Positions 41,974 through 52,862 of a stretch of 64,000 nt of DNA are shown here, piece after piece (within the stretch, counting starts at the first letter, position 1; the number at the start of each line of letters is the position of its first letter). Source of the stretch: an uncultured delta proteobacterium (GTDB lineage: Bacteria > Desulfobacterota > Desulfobacteria > Desulfobacterales > Desulfatirhabdiaceae); NCBI GenBank assembly GCA_963789395.1, contig CAWBKP010000005.1:1-64000 (forward strand). Reading direction: 5' to 3'. The notes below the pieces were generated by a model. That model ran no database searches and was not told the origin of the DNA. It worked only from the letters and a program-made list of their open reading frames with translations. Both the position numbers and the translations under genes were made by a program.

Positions 41974-42411
41974 TCATAGCGTATATTTCCGCCGCAGTAT
42001 CTTAACCTCTTTCTGGAGATTTTTGACCCGTATTTTCAAATCTTTGATCGCAGCGATGGTTGTGGCCCGAATCTGTTCCTCATGTTCTTTTCTGTAAAGC
42101 TTTTCCAGTCGGATCAGTTCGGCATCCGCCTGCTCATCGTTTAAATGGGGACAAGCATGGGCAATGGCTGCGGCGACCTTTTCATCAAAATTTCCGCGCA
42201 ATTCCTCCAAGACCAATTCTTCCATTTCCTCAAAGGACGGTTCCGTATAATCTTCCGAACAAATCACCCCAAAGTATTCATTCAGCATCAGCCGGGCACA
42301 TTTTTTGGCTATTCCTTTTAACGAACTTTCCTCAAAATATACAAAATACTGTAAAATTTGATTCCCCAAGCTGCCGTCCAAAATATCCGTTGACTTCGTA
42401 TCGTTGTTCAT
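41974..42411 (-). CDS. Hypothetical alpha-helical protein with C-terminal coiled coil
   Basis: 145-aa ORF with AAGGA upstream; no motif I recognise. Confidence 0.65.
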   Translation of the reverse strand: MNNDTKSTDILDGSLGNQILQYFVYFEESSLKGIAKKCARLMLNEYFGVICSEDYTEPSFEEMEELVLEELRGNFDEKVAAAIAHACPHLNDEQADAELIRLEKLYRKEHEEQIRATTIAAIKDLKIRVKNLQKEVKILRRKYTL

Positions 42412-42597
42412 ACAAAAAAACCAAATCCTTTCAAAATGTAGATAACATATTATAAGACTGGTTCGTGCCCGAATCCATCTTCTTAGTCAGGTTTTAACAG
42501 ACAACGCATTCAGAAGCAACCGCCAGGTATCCGAAACGAACGCTGCGGTCACAATGCCAGGGAGATTCTAAGAAAAAAATGTAACTTTTTTAATTTC

Positions 42598-42626
42598 TTG
42601 ACAAAAGGCAGACATCGACGTATTAA
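42598..42626 (+). promoter_or_regulatory. Sigma-70 promoter upstream of ihfA
   Basis: TTGACA-17 nt-TATTAA. Confidence 0.7.
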
Positions 42627-42706
42627 ACAAACTATTATGCCGAAAGGCGCAAACCATCAAAATAGCCATAGACTTCTACAGGTTAAGTAACAGGAGAACA
42701 CCGCCT

Positions 42707-42988
42707 ATGACGCTCACTAAAGCTCAGCTCGTTGATACCATCCATGAAACCATCGGACTTCCAGCCAAAAAAAGCGTTGAAGTTGTTGAGACCTTGCTCG
42801 AAATCATCAAGAAGGCCTTGGAGGACGGTGATGACGTTCTGATCAGCGGATTTGGAAAGTTCTGCGTCAACGACAAAGCCAAGAGACGGGGCAGAAATCC
42901 AGCCACCGGCGAAGACATGATGCTGGACCAGCGGAGGGTCGTAACCTTTCGATGTTCTTCAGTATTAAGAGAAAAAATCAACAAGTGA
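42707..42988 (+). CDS. ihfA: Integration host factor subunit alpha
   Basis: MTLTKA, VLISGFGKF, RRGRNPATG and RRVVTFR.S..LR motifs. Confidence 0.92.
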   Translation: MTLTKAQLVDTIHETIGLPAKKSVEVVETLLEIIKKALEDGDDVLISGFGKFCVNDKAKRRGRNPATGEDMMLDQRRVVTFRCSSVLREKINK

Positions 42989-42992
42989 TCTC

Positions 42993-43544
42993 ATGACAGA
43001 AGCCAGTTCTTTGCCAGACACCAGTTTGGATTTTTTCAGAGCGCTGTTCATTAAAACCGGCGGCAATCCCGATAAACAGGTTTCCATGCATGACATCGGC
43101 AATGAGGCCGGTCTGGATAAATCGGCAACAAAAAATATTGCCGAAGACCTGATGAGCCTGGGGCTGATTGACATCCGCACTCTTTCCGGAGGCATCGGTC
43201 TTACCGCGGACGGCATCCGTGAAGCTCAAAGCTGGTTTACAGATATTCCCGGCATCGGCTCTGCCGAAATAACGCTGGGAAAGCATCCGGTTGTCGGCGA
43301 AAAAAACGGTGCCGTCATCACGGACATTCTGACCGATCTTAAACCCCGGATTGGAAAACTTGGTATGGTGTACGATGATTTGACGGAACTGATCGCCGAT
43401 ATCCAGTCTCTGGAGGCACAGATGCGATCATCCAGACCCAAAACCGCCATCATTCGGGAGTGTTTCCGCTCCATTTTGCCCACGCTTGCCCGCAGCAGCG
43501 AAACAGAAACGCAGGCCCGGATCAAATCCTTTCTGGCAGACTGA
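42993..43544 (+). CDS. Hypothetical protein, probable N-terminal winged helix plus helical C-domain
   Basis: QVSMHDIG...GLD......AEDLMSLGLIDIRTLSGGIGLT.DG; C-terminal ELIADIQSLEAQM.SSRPK..IIRECF. Confidence 0.7.
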   Translation: MTEASSLPDTSLDFFRALFIKTGGNPDKQVSMHDIGNEAGLDKSATKNIAEDLMSLGLIDIRTLSGGIGLTADGIREAQSWFTDIPGIGSAEITLGKHPVVGEKNGAVITDILTDLKPRIGKLGMVYDDLTELIADIQSLEAQMRSSRPKTAIIRECFRSILPTLARSSETETQARIKSFLAD

Positions 43545-43548
43545 ACGT

Positions 43549-43830
43549 CTAAACGCTCCGGACTGCGGAATAAAACGTCCAGGCACCGACTACCAGAAAA
43601 AATATTCCTGCGCCCATTTTGATAAATGCAGGTGGAATCACCCGGCTGATTGCCTCACCAAACATAACAGCAATCAATGAACTGAGCACCAGAGCACCGG
43701 CTGATCCCAGAAACACCGTCAGTTTCGAATCACAGTCTGCGGACAGGCAAAATGTCGCCAGCTGCGTCTTATCCCCGAGTTCTGCAAGAAATATCATTCC
43801 AAATGTTGTCAACAGCAGTTTTATATCCAT
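43549..43830 (-). CDS. TMEM165/GDT1 (UPF0016) family single-domain membrane protein
   Basis: FLAELGDKTQLAT motif and three TM helices. Confidence 0.9.
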   Translation of the reverse strand: MDIKLLLTTFGMIFLAELGDKTQLATFCLSADCDSKLTVFLGSAGALVLSSLIAVMFGEAISRVIPPAFIKMGAGIFFLVVGAWTFYSAVRSV

Positions 43831-43943
43831 AATCCCATGATTTTTCATTAAACATCACTAAAATAAACCGTCTTGTTTCCCCGGTAAAAAAAACACCAAA
43901 AGTACTCCCCTTTGAAAAGCAGTGCAGCGGGAAGTTTATTCAA

Positions 43944-44814
43944 TCACAATGCCCTGAGATGTTCCGGTTTCAGGGCGATCCTGCCTGCCAGCGCCTGATC
44001 AATCAATCCCAGCGTAGCCGGTTTTTCAGCAGGCATCCTGGCGCGGATGGGAAGGTAATTCGAAGCATGATTGGCGTGAAAAAGCCCGCGGGTCAGGTGG
44101 GTAGCATCGATCATGGTTCTGAGTTCCCGAAGCGTTTCATCCGGGTCGATCAACACAAATCGGCCGGCTTCATAATCCTCATGAAGCGGTGTTCCCGGTA
44201 TCAGCATCAGGCTGAGCGCACCGACATATTCCGGATCAATGGCAGTCAACACCCTGCCCGTTTCCCGGGCATGAATACTAGAGCGCTCCCTTCCGGCGAT
44301 TCCCAGCAGCACCGTGACGGACAGCTTAAATCCGGCTGCCCTTGCTTTTTGTCCCATGCGGATCATTTCCTCGGACAAGCGCCCCTTTTTGAATGGCTTT
44401 CAGGGTCACATCATCCCCGCTTTCAAGCCCCATATACAAAATGCCAAGCCCCAAGGACCGCAGCATTTCCAGTTCCTGAGGCGTTTTCAGCTTCAGGCTT
44501 TTGGCATTGGCATAAGCCCCCACACGGGTGACCCAGGGAAGCCGCCGTTTGATATCCGACAAAATGGACACAAGCCGCTTTTGAGGGATGATCAGCGCGT
44601 CCCCGTCACAAAGAAACACCCGGCGCTGACGCTGGCAATATTTTTCGGCAAAACCAATATCCGCCTGGATGATATCATCGGTTTTTATCCGGAACCGCTC
44701 ACCCTGATATGTTCCGCAAAAAGTACATTTGTTCCGGGAACATCCCACCGTCACCTGAAGCAGGATACTATTTGCCTCGCTGGGTGGCCGGATAATCATT
44801 CCTTCATAATGCAT
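43944..44814 (-). CDS. Radical SAM protein (frameshift at ~44380)
   Basis: IRPPSEA.S..LQVTVGCSRNKCTFC, FLCDGDAL and GLESGDD, then FHANHASNYL in a second frame. Confidence 0.9.
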
Positions 44815-45342
44815 AACAAATCCTATAACTATTACGAGATAAAATCCAATAAAACAAATCAAAACAGGCCTCAAAGGATAAACTGGATTGATACGTGGCT
44901 ATCGTCGGTGTGACATTGATTGGATAACAGCGCCGCGGAATGTCGATGAATCTTCTTCTTGAGATCATCACGTTTTCTGGCTGTTATGATATCTAATTTT
45001 AACAAAAGTTTAAGATATGTCAATGTTGGAAACACTCAATTTTCAGATAGGGATTGTCAGTGCGTCTTTGCGCTGAAACATTTCTCCAGATGCCTCTCTG
45101 GTTCAAAATCCGGATGCCGCTTTCAGAATCCGTGTTTCATAGCAACTCTCCTGATAATATAGCTTACACAAGGACTATCACACAACTTTTCAATATAAAT
45201 AGAGTTTCATGATGTTGGTAGAGGTCAAAGCATGTTTTCCAGTCCCTTGAAAAGATTGATTTTACTCCTTGAACCTGATAACAGGCACGAGCTATTGCTG
45301 GCAAGGAAAATTTAGATTTCAAATCGTTACCGGGGAGGTTAC

Positions 45343-47991
45343 ATGAGAACACTCAAGGATAAATTGTCGCTTCTGACTTATATGCAGGCCGTAAAATTGC
45401 TCGGGACTCAGGGAAAAGAGTTGCTAATGGTAGGCGGGAAATTCGATATCAATATTACGGAACAGGTAACACTCGGCACCGATATCTTTCAATTGGAACT
45501 CGAAGGGGCAATCGTTGATATACGACTGGATCAGATGAAGCATCAGCGAATCCAGATAACTTGCAGTGCTTGTCACATGATATGCGAGCATCAGGGGGCG
45601 GCCCTTTCATTGATTCTGGAGGAAAAGATGGCATTGGGGTTGGCTGCACCTCCGCCCGAAAGAGTGCCTGTTGAGAGCCTGAGTGAAGCAGAACTCATTA
45701 ATTTGGCCATCTCCGATCGAAAAGAGAGGGCGCAAAAGGAAAAGATGCAATTGACGTCCATGAACCCTCATGAATTGTGGACCGATTACATCGTCACGAG
45801 TCAACATTCCGGGAAAAGTTACCGGATCGCACTGCGCGGATGGAAGCTTGGCGAATCCTATTGTTCCTGTCCGGATTTTCGTAAAAATACGCTTGGCACC
45901 TGCAAGCACATCCTGTCCACCCTGGAAAGCGTTCGAAAAAAATTCAGCAAACAGGTGCGGGAGACCCCTGCTGAAATCCAGGATATCTGTTTTTACCTTG
46001 AGTATGGAGAAGATACACATCTGAAAATGTTGTTGCCGCAAACCCCCGATCCTATCGTTTTGAAACATCTGCTGCCGTTGAAAGGTAAATCCATTGAGAA
46101 CATAAAGGACTTCATAAGCCGTATTCATCAAGTCGAAAATGAGGGGTTTTCTGTCATTATCTATCCGGATGCTGAAGAATATATCAACCGAAGGCTGTTT
46201 CAGGAACGTATGGCAGATGAGGTCGCCGGCATCCGCAAGGATCCTGCAAATCACCCGCTGCGAAAGACCCTTTTAAAAGCCGAATTGCTTCCGTATCAGC
46301 TCGACGGCATTGCGTTTGCCGCCGGGGCTGGCCGCGCGGTTCTGGCCGATGACATGGGATTAGGCAAAACCATCCAGGGAATTGGGGTTGCCGAATTTTT
46401 ATCCCGCCAAGTCTCGATTTCTAAGGTGCTCATCATTTGCCCGGCATCCTTGAAAGCCCAGTGGCGCATAGAGATCAAACGATTCAGTCACCGCAGTTCA
46501 TGCCTTATCCTGGGAGCCTACAAAGGACCGGCAGCCCAGTACCATAACGACAGCTTTTTTACAGTCTGCAATTACGAGCAGGTGCTACGGGATTTTTTAT
46601 CCATAGAAAAGGTGCCGTGGGATCTCATCATTCTGGACGAGGGACAGCGGATCAAGAATTGGGAAGCCAAAACAAGCCGGGTGATAAAGGCTCTGCGATC
46701 CCCGTTTGCACTGGTGCTCTCCGGCACGCCCCTTGAAAACCGGATCGATGAGCTTTTTTCAGTCGTTGAATTTATTGATGACAGGCGTCTGGGTCCCGCG
46801 TTTAAATTCTTCAACCGGCACCGGATTGTTGATGAAAAGGGAAAACTTTTGGGATACAAAAATCTGGACGAGTTGCGCGAACGATTAAAACCCATTCTGC
46901 TGCGTCGCACCCGTGCCTCGGTCATTAAGGATCTACCGCCTCGAACCACTCAGGTGATCCGCATCACGCCCACCGACGAACAGCTTGAGTTGCAAAACGC
47001 CCATCGCAGAATCATTCAACTGATTCTCCAAAAGAAATTTATCTCGGAGATGGACCTCCTGCGGCTTCAAAAAGCCCTTTTGATGTGCCGGTTGTGTGCC
47101 AACAGTACTTTTCTGGTGGATAAACAGACACCTGGTTATTCGAGCAAACTCCAGGAACTTGATTTGCTCCTTGAACAACTGTCTGACGAGGAGGATCGCA
47201 AGATCGTTCTTTTCTCTGAGTGGACAGGAATGCTCAATATGATCGAGCCGCTGCTGGAAGCCCGGAAGCTGAACTACGTCCGATTGGATGGCTCCATACC
47301 GCAGAAAATGCGTCAGGGCCTGGTGCATCAATTTCAGGAAAATCCCGACTGCAAGCTCTTTATTACCACCAATGCCGGAGCTACGGGACTGAACCTTCAG
47401 GCCGCCAACACCATTATCAATGTCGATCTGCCCTGGAATCCGGCCGTACTGGAGCAGCGCATCGGCCGCGCCCATCGCATGGGTCAGAAACGACCGGTAC
47501 AGGTGTATCTGCTGGTAACCGTGGATACGCTGGAGGAAAATTTACTTGCGACACTCTCGACCAAGCATGAGCTATCACTCGCAGTACTAAATCCGGATAC
47601 CAATATTACTGAGGTGAGTATGACAACCGGCATGGAGGAACTCAAGCGCAAACTGGAGATTCTGCTGGGAGCCAAACCAGAAGCCGCCGAGGACCAAAGC
47701 ATGAAAGCACTGGTGGAAAATCAGGCAGCACTCCTGGCGAAAAAGGAAAAAGTGGCCTATGCAGGAGGGCAATTGGTGGGCGCGGCTTTTGCTTTTATTG
47801 GCGAGATGTTTTCAAGTGCCGATGAAACCGAAAAAATCGTCTCCCTTACCGAAGCGTTCAGGTCCAAGCTAAACGACTGCATGGAAAAAAACGATGATGG
47901 CAGCCTAAGCATGACGATCCGCATGCCTGATGAAGACTTTCTCCAGAATATGGCCAGGTCTCTTGCCCAGATAGTCGCGACTGGACAATAA
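45343..47991 (+). CDS. SNF2-family helicase with N-terminal SWIM zinc finger(s)
   Basis: CSAC....CEH and YCSCPDF..NTLGTCKH; LADDMGLGKT, DEGQRIKN, SGTPLEN, GLNLQ and QRIGRAHRMGQ motifs. Confidence 0.92.
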   Translation: MRTLKDKLSLLTYMQAVKLLGTQGKELLMVGGKFDINITEQVTLGTDIFQLELEGAIVDIRLDQMKHQRIQITCSACHMICEHQGAALSLILEEKMALGLAAPPPERVPVESLSEAELINLAISDRKERAQKEKMQLTSMNPHELWTDYIVTSQHSGKSYRIALRGWKLGESYCSCPDFRKNTLGTCKHILSTLESVRKKFSKQVRETPAEIQDICFYLEYGEDTHLKMLLPQTPDPIVLKHLLPLKGKSIENIKDFISRIHQVENEGFSVIIYPDAEEYINRRLFQERMADEVAGIRKDPANHPLRKTLLKAELLPYQLDGIAFAAGAGRAVLADDMGLGKTIQGIGVAEFLSRQVSISKVLIICPASLKAQWRIEIKRFSHRSSCLILGAYKGPAAQYHNDSFFTVCNYEQVLRDFLSIEKVPWDLIILDEGQRIKNWEAKTSRVIKALRSPFALVLSGTPLENRIDELFSVVEFIDDRRLGPAFKFFNRHRIVDEKGKLLGYKNLDELRERLKPILLRRTRASVIKDLPPRTTQVIRITPTDEQLELQNAHRRIIQLILQKKFISEMDLLRLQKALLMCRLCANSTFLVDKQTPGYSSKLQELDLLLEQLSDEEDRKIVLFSEWTGMLNMIEPLLEARKLNYVRLDGSIPQKMRQGLVHQFQENPDCKLFITTNAGATGLNLQAANTIINVDLPWNPAVLEQRIGRAHRMGQKRPVQVYLLVTVDTLEENLLATLSTKHELSLAVLNPDTNITEVSMTTGMEELKRKLEILLGAKPEAAEDQSMKALVENQAALLAKKEKVAYAGGQLVGAAFAFIGEMFSSADETEKIVSLTEAFRSKLNDCMEKNDDGSLSMTIRMPDEDFLQNMARSLAQIVATGQ

Positions 47992-48004
47992 TCGATGAAG
48001 GCCG

Positions 48005-48983
48005 TCAGGCAAGATAACACCTTGCTTCATGCTGGTCCCCAACCTGGGTTAAGGCAGGCGGGGAAGATTCGCAGACTGGGATTGCGATGGGGCAGCGGTT
48101 ATGAAACCGGCACCCTGCCGGCAGATCGTTAAGCGCCGGCACCATTCCGGGAATGATCGACAGCGGCATTTTCCGGGGGGTTTCCAGCCGGGGAATGGAT
48201 TCCAGCAGTCCGCGGGTGTAAGGGTGTCTCGGGTTTTTAAACAGTTCTTTAACCGGAGCCGATTCCACAACGGTTCCCGCATACATGACCACCACGTCAT
48301 CACAGATATCCGCGATAACGCCAAGATCGTGGGTGATAAAAATCATCGCCATGCCGTTTTCCTGCTGCAACTGCTTCATGAGATCGAGGATTTGTGCCTG
48401 AATCGTCACATCCAGAGCGGTTGTGGGCTCATCGGCAATCAGAATTTCCGGCTCAACCGCAAGGGCCATGGCAATCATCACCCGCTGGCGCATGCCTCCG
48501 GAAATTTGATGGGAATATTCCCGAATACGCCGCTCTGGATCGGGAATCCCCACTTTTGCAAACATTTCAATCGATTTATTGCGGATCTGGGTTTCATCCA
48601 GCATGCTGTCATGCAGCTGAAACACCTCACCAATCTGCCGTCCGATCCGATGCACGGGATTCAGGGCAGTCATGGGCTCCTGAAAAATCATGGATATATG
48701 GTTTCCGCGCAGCGTGCGCATGTCTGCCGGCGCCATCCGGACGATATCCGTTCCCCGGTACAGGATCTGGCCGTCCAGAATTTTCCCCGCAGGTTGGGGC
48801 AGCAGCCGCATGATGGAAAGCGCGGTGACACTTTTTCCGCATCCGGATTCTCCCACGATACCCAGCGTCTTTCCCCGAATCACCTGAAAAGAGACGTCAT
48901 CCACGGCCCGAACCCTGCCGGCCTCGGTATCAAATGCCGCCGCCAGATGATTGACCTGTAACACCGCATGTTCGCTCCACCAT
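48005..48983 (-). CDS. Oligopeptide/dipeptide ABC transporter ATP-binding subunit (OppD/DppD-like)
   Basis: [28 protein letters not shown] and GCRFHNRC motifs. The ORF track starts at GTG 48964; the SD-supported ATG at 48983 needs one indel. Confidence 0.9.
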
Positions 48984-48997
48984 AAAATCCCTTTCTC

Positions 48998-50810
48998 TTA
49001 CCGGCTCTGCAGATACGTCCTGTCGATGATGGTGACCGGCTCAAATGCCTGACCCGATTTCATGGCTTCCCGAGTTTTGTCATGCAGTGTTTTGTCATAC
49101 CAGAACAGTCCTCCGGTTGCACTGTTGAAAGGGTCAAACAGACTGTCGGAGTGTCTTGTTCCCGGCGGCTCGGGAAGCCGCCACCAGCGCCAGAAGGCCT
49201 CACGAGCGTAGGGAACCATGAATGTGGGTACGAACATGCCGATATCATGGATTTTACCCTGGATTTCCCTGAGAAAGGCGGATCCGCTCCTTCTCGTCCA
49301 GGGAATTGCGATAAGCGTCAATCAATTTGTCCATTTCCGCATCGTCTGTATTGGTGATGTTGTTGGTCTGCGGCTTATGGGCATTAACGGAATGGAAGTG
49401 CTCCCAGTACTGGGGTCTTAAGGATGTGCTCCATCCCATCCAGGCCACATCGAAATTCTTTTCCAGAAATTTTTTGAACGCCGCGGTCGGATCACTCTGC
49501 TGCAGCAGCAGCTCAATGCCTGCTTTTTTGGCCTCTTCTTTCAGAACCACCAGTCTCGGGGTATGCTCTTCGAATCCATAGGTCACTTCAACCGAAAAGC
49601 GTTTTCCGTCTTTTTCCCAGATTCCGTCTGCCCCGCGCCGCCATCCGGAAGCCTTCATGAAGTGATCCACCTTTTCCAGATCAAACCGTCTGGCCTTGAT
49701 GGTGTCGTTGGTATAGGGACCGTATCCCATGAACGCCTGCTCCAATCTGAAATAATCTCCGCGAAGCACCCGATCGATTACTTTTTCAATATTCATGGCA
49801 TGGCTGAACGCATACCGTACATTCTTATCCTTGAAAATATCCCGATCCTGATTCAGCCACATGCCCATGGCCGACCGCTGGGTATCGTTAAAAAACCAGA
49901 TTTTCTCCACATATCCTTTTTCAAATATCGGAATTTTCGTTTTGTCGTGCCAGTATTTGGGAATGATCAGCCCGAAAACATCCAGTTTTCCTTTTTTGAA
50001 ATACTCCCAGAGCATGTTGAAATCCCGGACCACCGTGTAATTGACCCGATCCACATTAAATCGGTTCCTGAAATATTTCAGATCTTGGGCCCACCAGTCT
50101 TTTTTGCGTTTAAACCGGATATATTTTCCGGTCTGAAAGTCATCGATCTGGTAAGGGCCGGTGTTGGGCACAACCTTCCAATTGTAACGGGATACAAAAT
50201 CCGGCCCGAGGCTCCCGTAAAAATGCCTTGGCGTCGGGGTGATCCCGAGTTTCAGGTGCAGGTCCGGCTCGGCCTTCGTTCCCACAACGGCAATTGTATA
50301 ATCGTCAAAAACAATGACGCTGTCGATTTCCCGGGTGAAATAATCATTGTACCAGGGCGCAACGATATGGGAAGAGCGCATGAATTCCAGGGTAAACACA
50401 TAATCCGATGCGGTCACCGGCTTTCCGTCCGACCACCTGGCTTGGGGGTTCAGCTTGAAATACATGGTCTTTTTGTCTTTCCCGAAAGCCCAGTGTGTGG
50501 CCAGCTCGGGAATAATATGCAGCGTATTGGGATGAATGTTGATCAAACTGAGATCATTGTCCAGAATGGCGCTGCGGAAACTGCCGTTGGAGTCCGGTCC
50601 GACCGTCCGAAACGTCATGGGAAAACTCAGGATGGCGGTGTTCAGGGTTCCGCCCTTAACGGCATCCGAAGATGCGTAGACCGGATCCGAATCATTGGTC
50701 AGCCACTGGATATCATCCGGCAGCTTCGGAGCTGCCGGCGCCGACCCGGACAGGATCAGCGTAATAACAAGCGCCGAAAGCAGTCTAAGCAGCAGTTTTG
50801 GCATTGTCAT
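48998..50810 (-). CDS. ABC transporter substrate-binding protein, family 5 (YejA-like; frameshift at ~49270)
   Basis: Signal peptide, AVKGG, P.TFRTVGP, ARWSDGKPVTA.D and TGPY motifs; the C-terminus is in ORF 48998..49321. Confidence 0.88.
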
Positions 50811-50950
50811 TCCCTTTCAAAGTGAGATATTGTTACAGAGAAATTCATTCGAATGATAAAAATTCAATTTCAAATCGAAACAAAATTTGAAAATCAATTT
50901 TAAATGACTTGCAGCCATGCTTGAGGCAGGCGAATGCAAAGGACGATCAA

Positions 50951-51775
50951 ATGAACATTTTAGGGATAATCTGCTCGCCGCGATCCCCCGGCAACTGTGA
51001 GCTCATCGTAAAGGAAATCAGCCGACAGATTCCAGTTCCCCATGAACTGAAACTGACGCGGCTTCCGAAACTGAACATTCAGCCCTGCCAGGGGTGTTAC
51101 CGCTGTCTGTTCAAGGAGCAGCGTTGCTGGATACAGGATGACCTGAACCTGGTTCTGGATGACATATCCTGGGCCGATGCACTGATCGTTACGGTGCCCA
51201 CGTATTTCCTGGGACCCAATGCCAGCCTGAAACTGCTTCTGGACAGGGGCCTTTCCTTTTATGGCCGGGCAGAGTCTCTGTGGGGCAAGCCTGCCGTAGG
51301 AATCGGCATTGCCGGAATCGACGGCAAGGAAGGCTATACCCTGCTGGGAATCCAGAATTTTCTTAAGATGATCCTGTCCGACATCCGCTCGGTTCAAATG
51401 CTCTACGGGGCACTTCCCGGTGAAACCCTTCAGATAGAAAAAAATACCCCGGTCATCCGCCAGTTGGCTGAATCCCTTATGAATCCACAACCGGAATCCA
51501 CCGGACCCGGCTGCCCCCTTTGCGGCGGGGATGCCTTTCGGTTTCTTGGAGGCGGAGCAGTCCAATGCCTGCTATGCAGCAACTCGGGCACCCTGACCCT
51601 GGAAAACGATACGCCGTTAATTCATATCCTGCCCGGCGATCACGATCTGTTCCTGGACAAGGAGATCGCCTTGAAACACCGCGACTGGCTAATTGGGATG
51701 AAAGAGCGCTACCTTGAAAAGAAAACCGAGCTTAAACAGATTTTCGCAAGATACGCCAAACAGCCATGCGGGTAA
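50951..51775 (+). CDS. Flavodoxin-like / iron-sulfur flavoprotein (NADPH-dependent FMN reductase family) with C-terminal Cys4 motif
   Basis: ILGIICSPR..GN, CQGCYRC.....C...DD, PTYF and LLDR motifs; C-terminal CPLCG...CLLC. Confidence 0.85.
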   Translation: MNILGIICSPRSPGNCELIVKEISRQIPVPHELKLTRLPKLNIQPCQGCYRCLFKEQRCWIQDDLNLVLDDISWADALIVTVPTYFLGPNASLKLLLDRGLSFYGRAESLWGKPAVGIGIAGIDGKEGYTLLGIQNFLKMILSDIRSVQMLYGALPGETLQIEKNTPVIRQLAESLMNPQPESTGPGCPLCGGDAFRFLGGGAVQCLLCSNSGTLTLENDTPLIHILPGDHDLFLDKEIALKHRDWLIGMKERYLEKKTELKQIFARYAKQPCG

Positions 51776-51806
51776 AGTTTCCGAAGACTGAAGACCGACT
51801 TCCATA

Positions 51807-52850
51807 TCATTCATATGTGCTGTGCAGTTTTGGATCAAAGGCTTCCCGCACTGCCTCGCCGATAAACGTCACAAGCATCAGCGTCAGGATCATTGCAAAA
51901 ATAACAGACCCCACAATCCACCAGGCATCCATGTTGTCCCAGCCCTGCTGAAGCAACTCTCCCCAGCTCGGGGTGGGTGGCGCCAGTCCAAACCCCAGAT
52001 AATCCAGAGAGGTCAGCGCCACAATGCCGCCGGAAACCGAAAACGGCGCATATGTGACAATCACGGAGACCGTGTTGGGTATGATGTGCTTGAATATAAT
52101 TCGAAAATCCGAGGCACCCAGGGCTTTTGCAGCCAGAACATATTCCCTGGCCCGCTCCTTGTAAGTTACGGTTCGAAGGGTCCAGGTCAGGCTCGTCCAT
52201 CCGAAAAACACCATGATAAGGATCAGCAGAAAAAAATTCGGCACCACGATTGATGATATGATGATGATCACATACAGAAACGGAATATTAGACCAGATCT
52301 CGATCATCCGCTGAAAAACCAGATCAAATTTCCCGCCCCAGTATCCCATGGCACATCCCACGGTAACGCCGACCCCGTAATTGACGATAAGAAGCGTCAG
52401 AGAAAAGAAAATGGCAATGCGAAAACCATAAACCAGTCGGGCAACCATATCCCTTGCAGAGGTATCGGTGCCCAGAAAATGTCTGTCTGTGATTGAAGGG
52501 GGAAAAGGCGGATATTCATCTTTGCGGAGATCGTTTTCAAGGGGATTGAAGGGAACCGGCGGCATCAGCACCCAGTCGGCGCCGCCTTCGGCCTGAAATC
52601 GCCTGGATAATTCTCTGTAATTGGTTTCATACGGGTAATCCAGGCCAAAGCCGGTTCCGGGAATCATGGCGCCGTATATCGGGAAATAATTCCGGCCATG
52701 GTAATGGACGACAAGCGCCCGGCTGTTGACCAGAACCTCCGCAAACAGTGACGCCACAATCATCGCTGAAAAAAGAACAAACGCGTAATATCCGCGTTTG
52801 ATCGACTTGAATCGCCGAAGTTTTTTGAGGGTCAGGGGACTGAGGGTCAC
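51807..52850 (-). CDS. Peptide ABC transporter permease (YejE/OppC-like)
   Basis: RFKSIKRGY, HFLGTD..ARD..ARL.YGFR, EYVLAAKALGA and LDYLGFGL.PPTPSWGELL motifs. Confidence 0.92.
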   Translation of the reverse strand: MTLSPLTLKKLRRFKSIKRGYYAFVLFSAMIVASLFAEVLVNSRALVVHYHGRNYFPIYGAMIPGTGFGLDYPYETNYRELSRRFQAEGGADWVLMPPVPFNPLENDLRKDEYPPFPPSITDRHFLGTDTSARDMVARLVYGFRIAIFFSLTLLIVNYGVGVTVGCAMGYWGGKFDLVFQRMIEIWSNIPFLYVIIIISSIVVPNFFLLILIMVFFGWTSLTWTLRTVTYKERAREYVLAAKALGASDFRIIFKHIIPNTVSVIVTYAPFSVSGGIVALTSLDYLGFGLAPPTPSWGELLQQGWDNMDAWWIVGSVIFAMILTLMLVTFIGEAVREAFDPKLHSTYE

Positions 52851-52862
52851 AGCGGCTTTCCT

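Noticed and set aside
42620..42680. GCCGAAAGGCGCAAACC resembling a c-di-GMP-I/GEMM riboswitch
   Set aside because: The P2 stem is only 3 bp and the tetraloop receptor and P1/P3 architecture are missing.
45282..45300. AGGCAC-N6-TTGC as a sigma54 promoter for SNF2
   Set aside because: The spacing is one base too long for the strict -24/-12 geometry.
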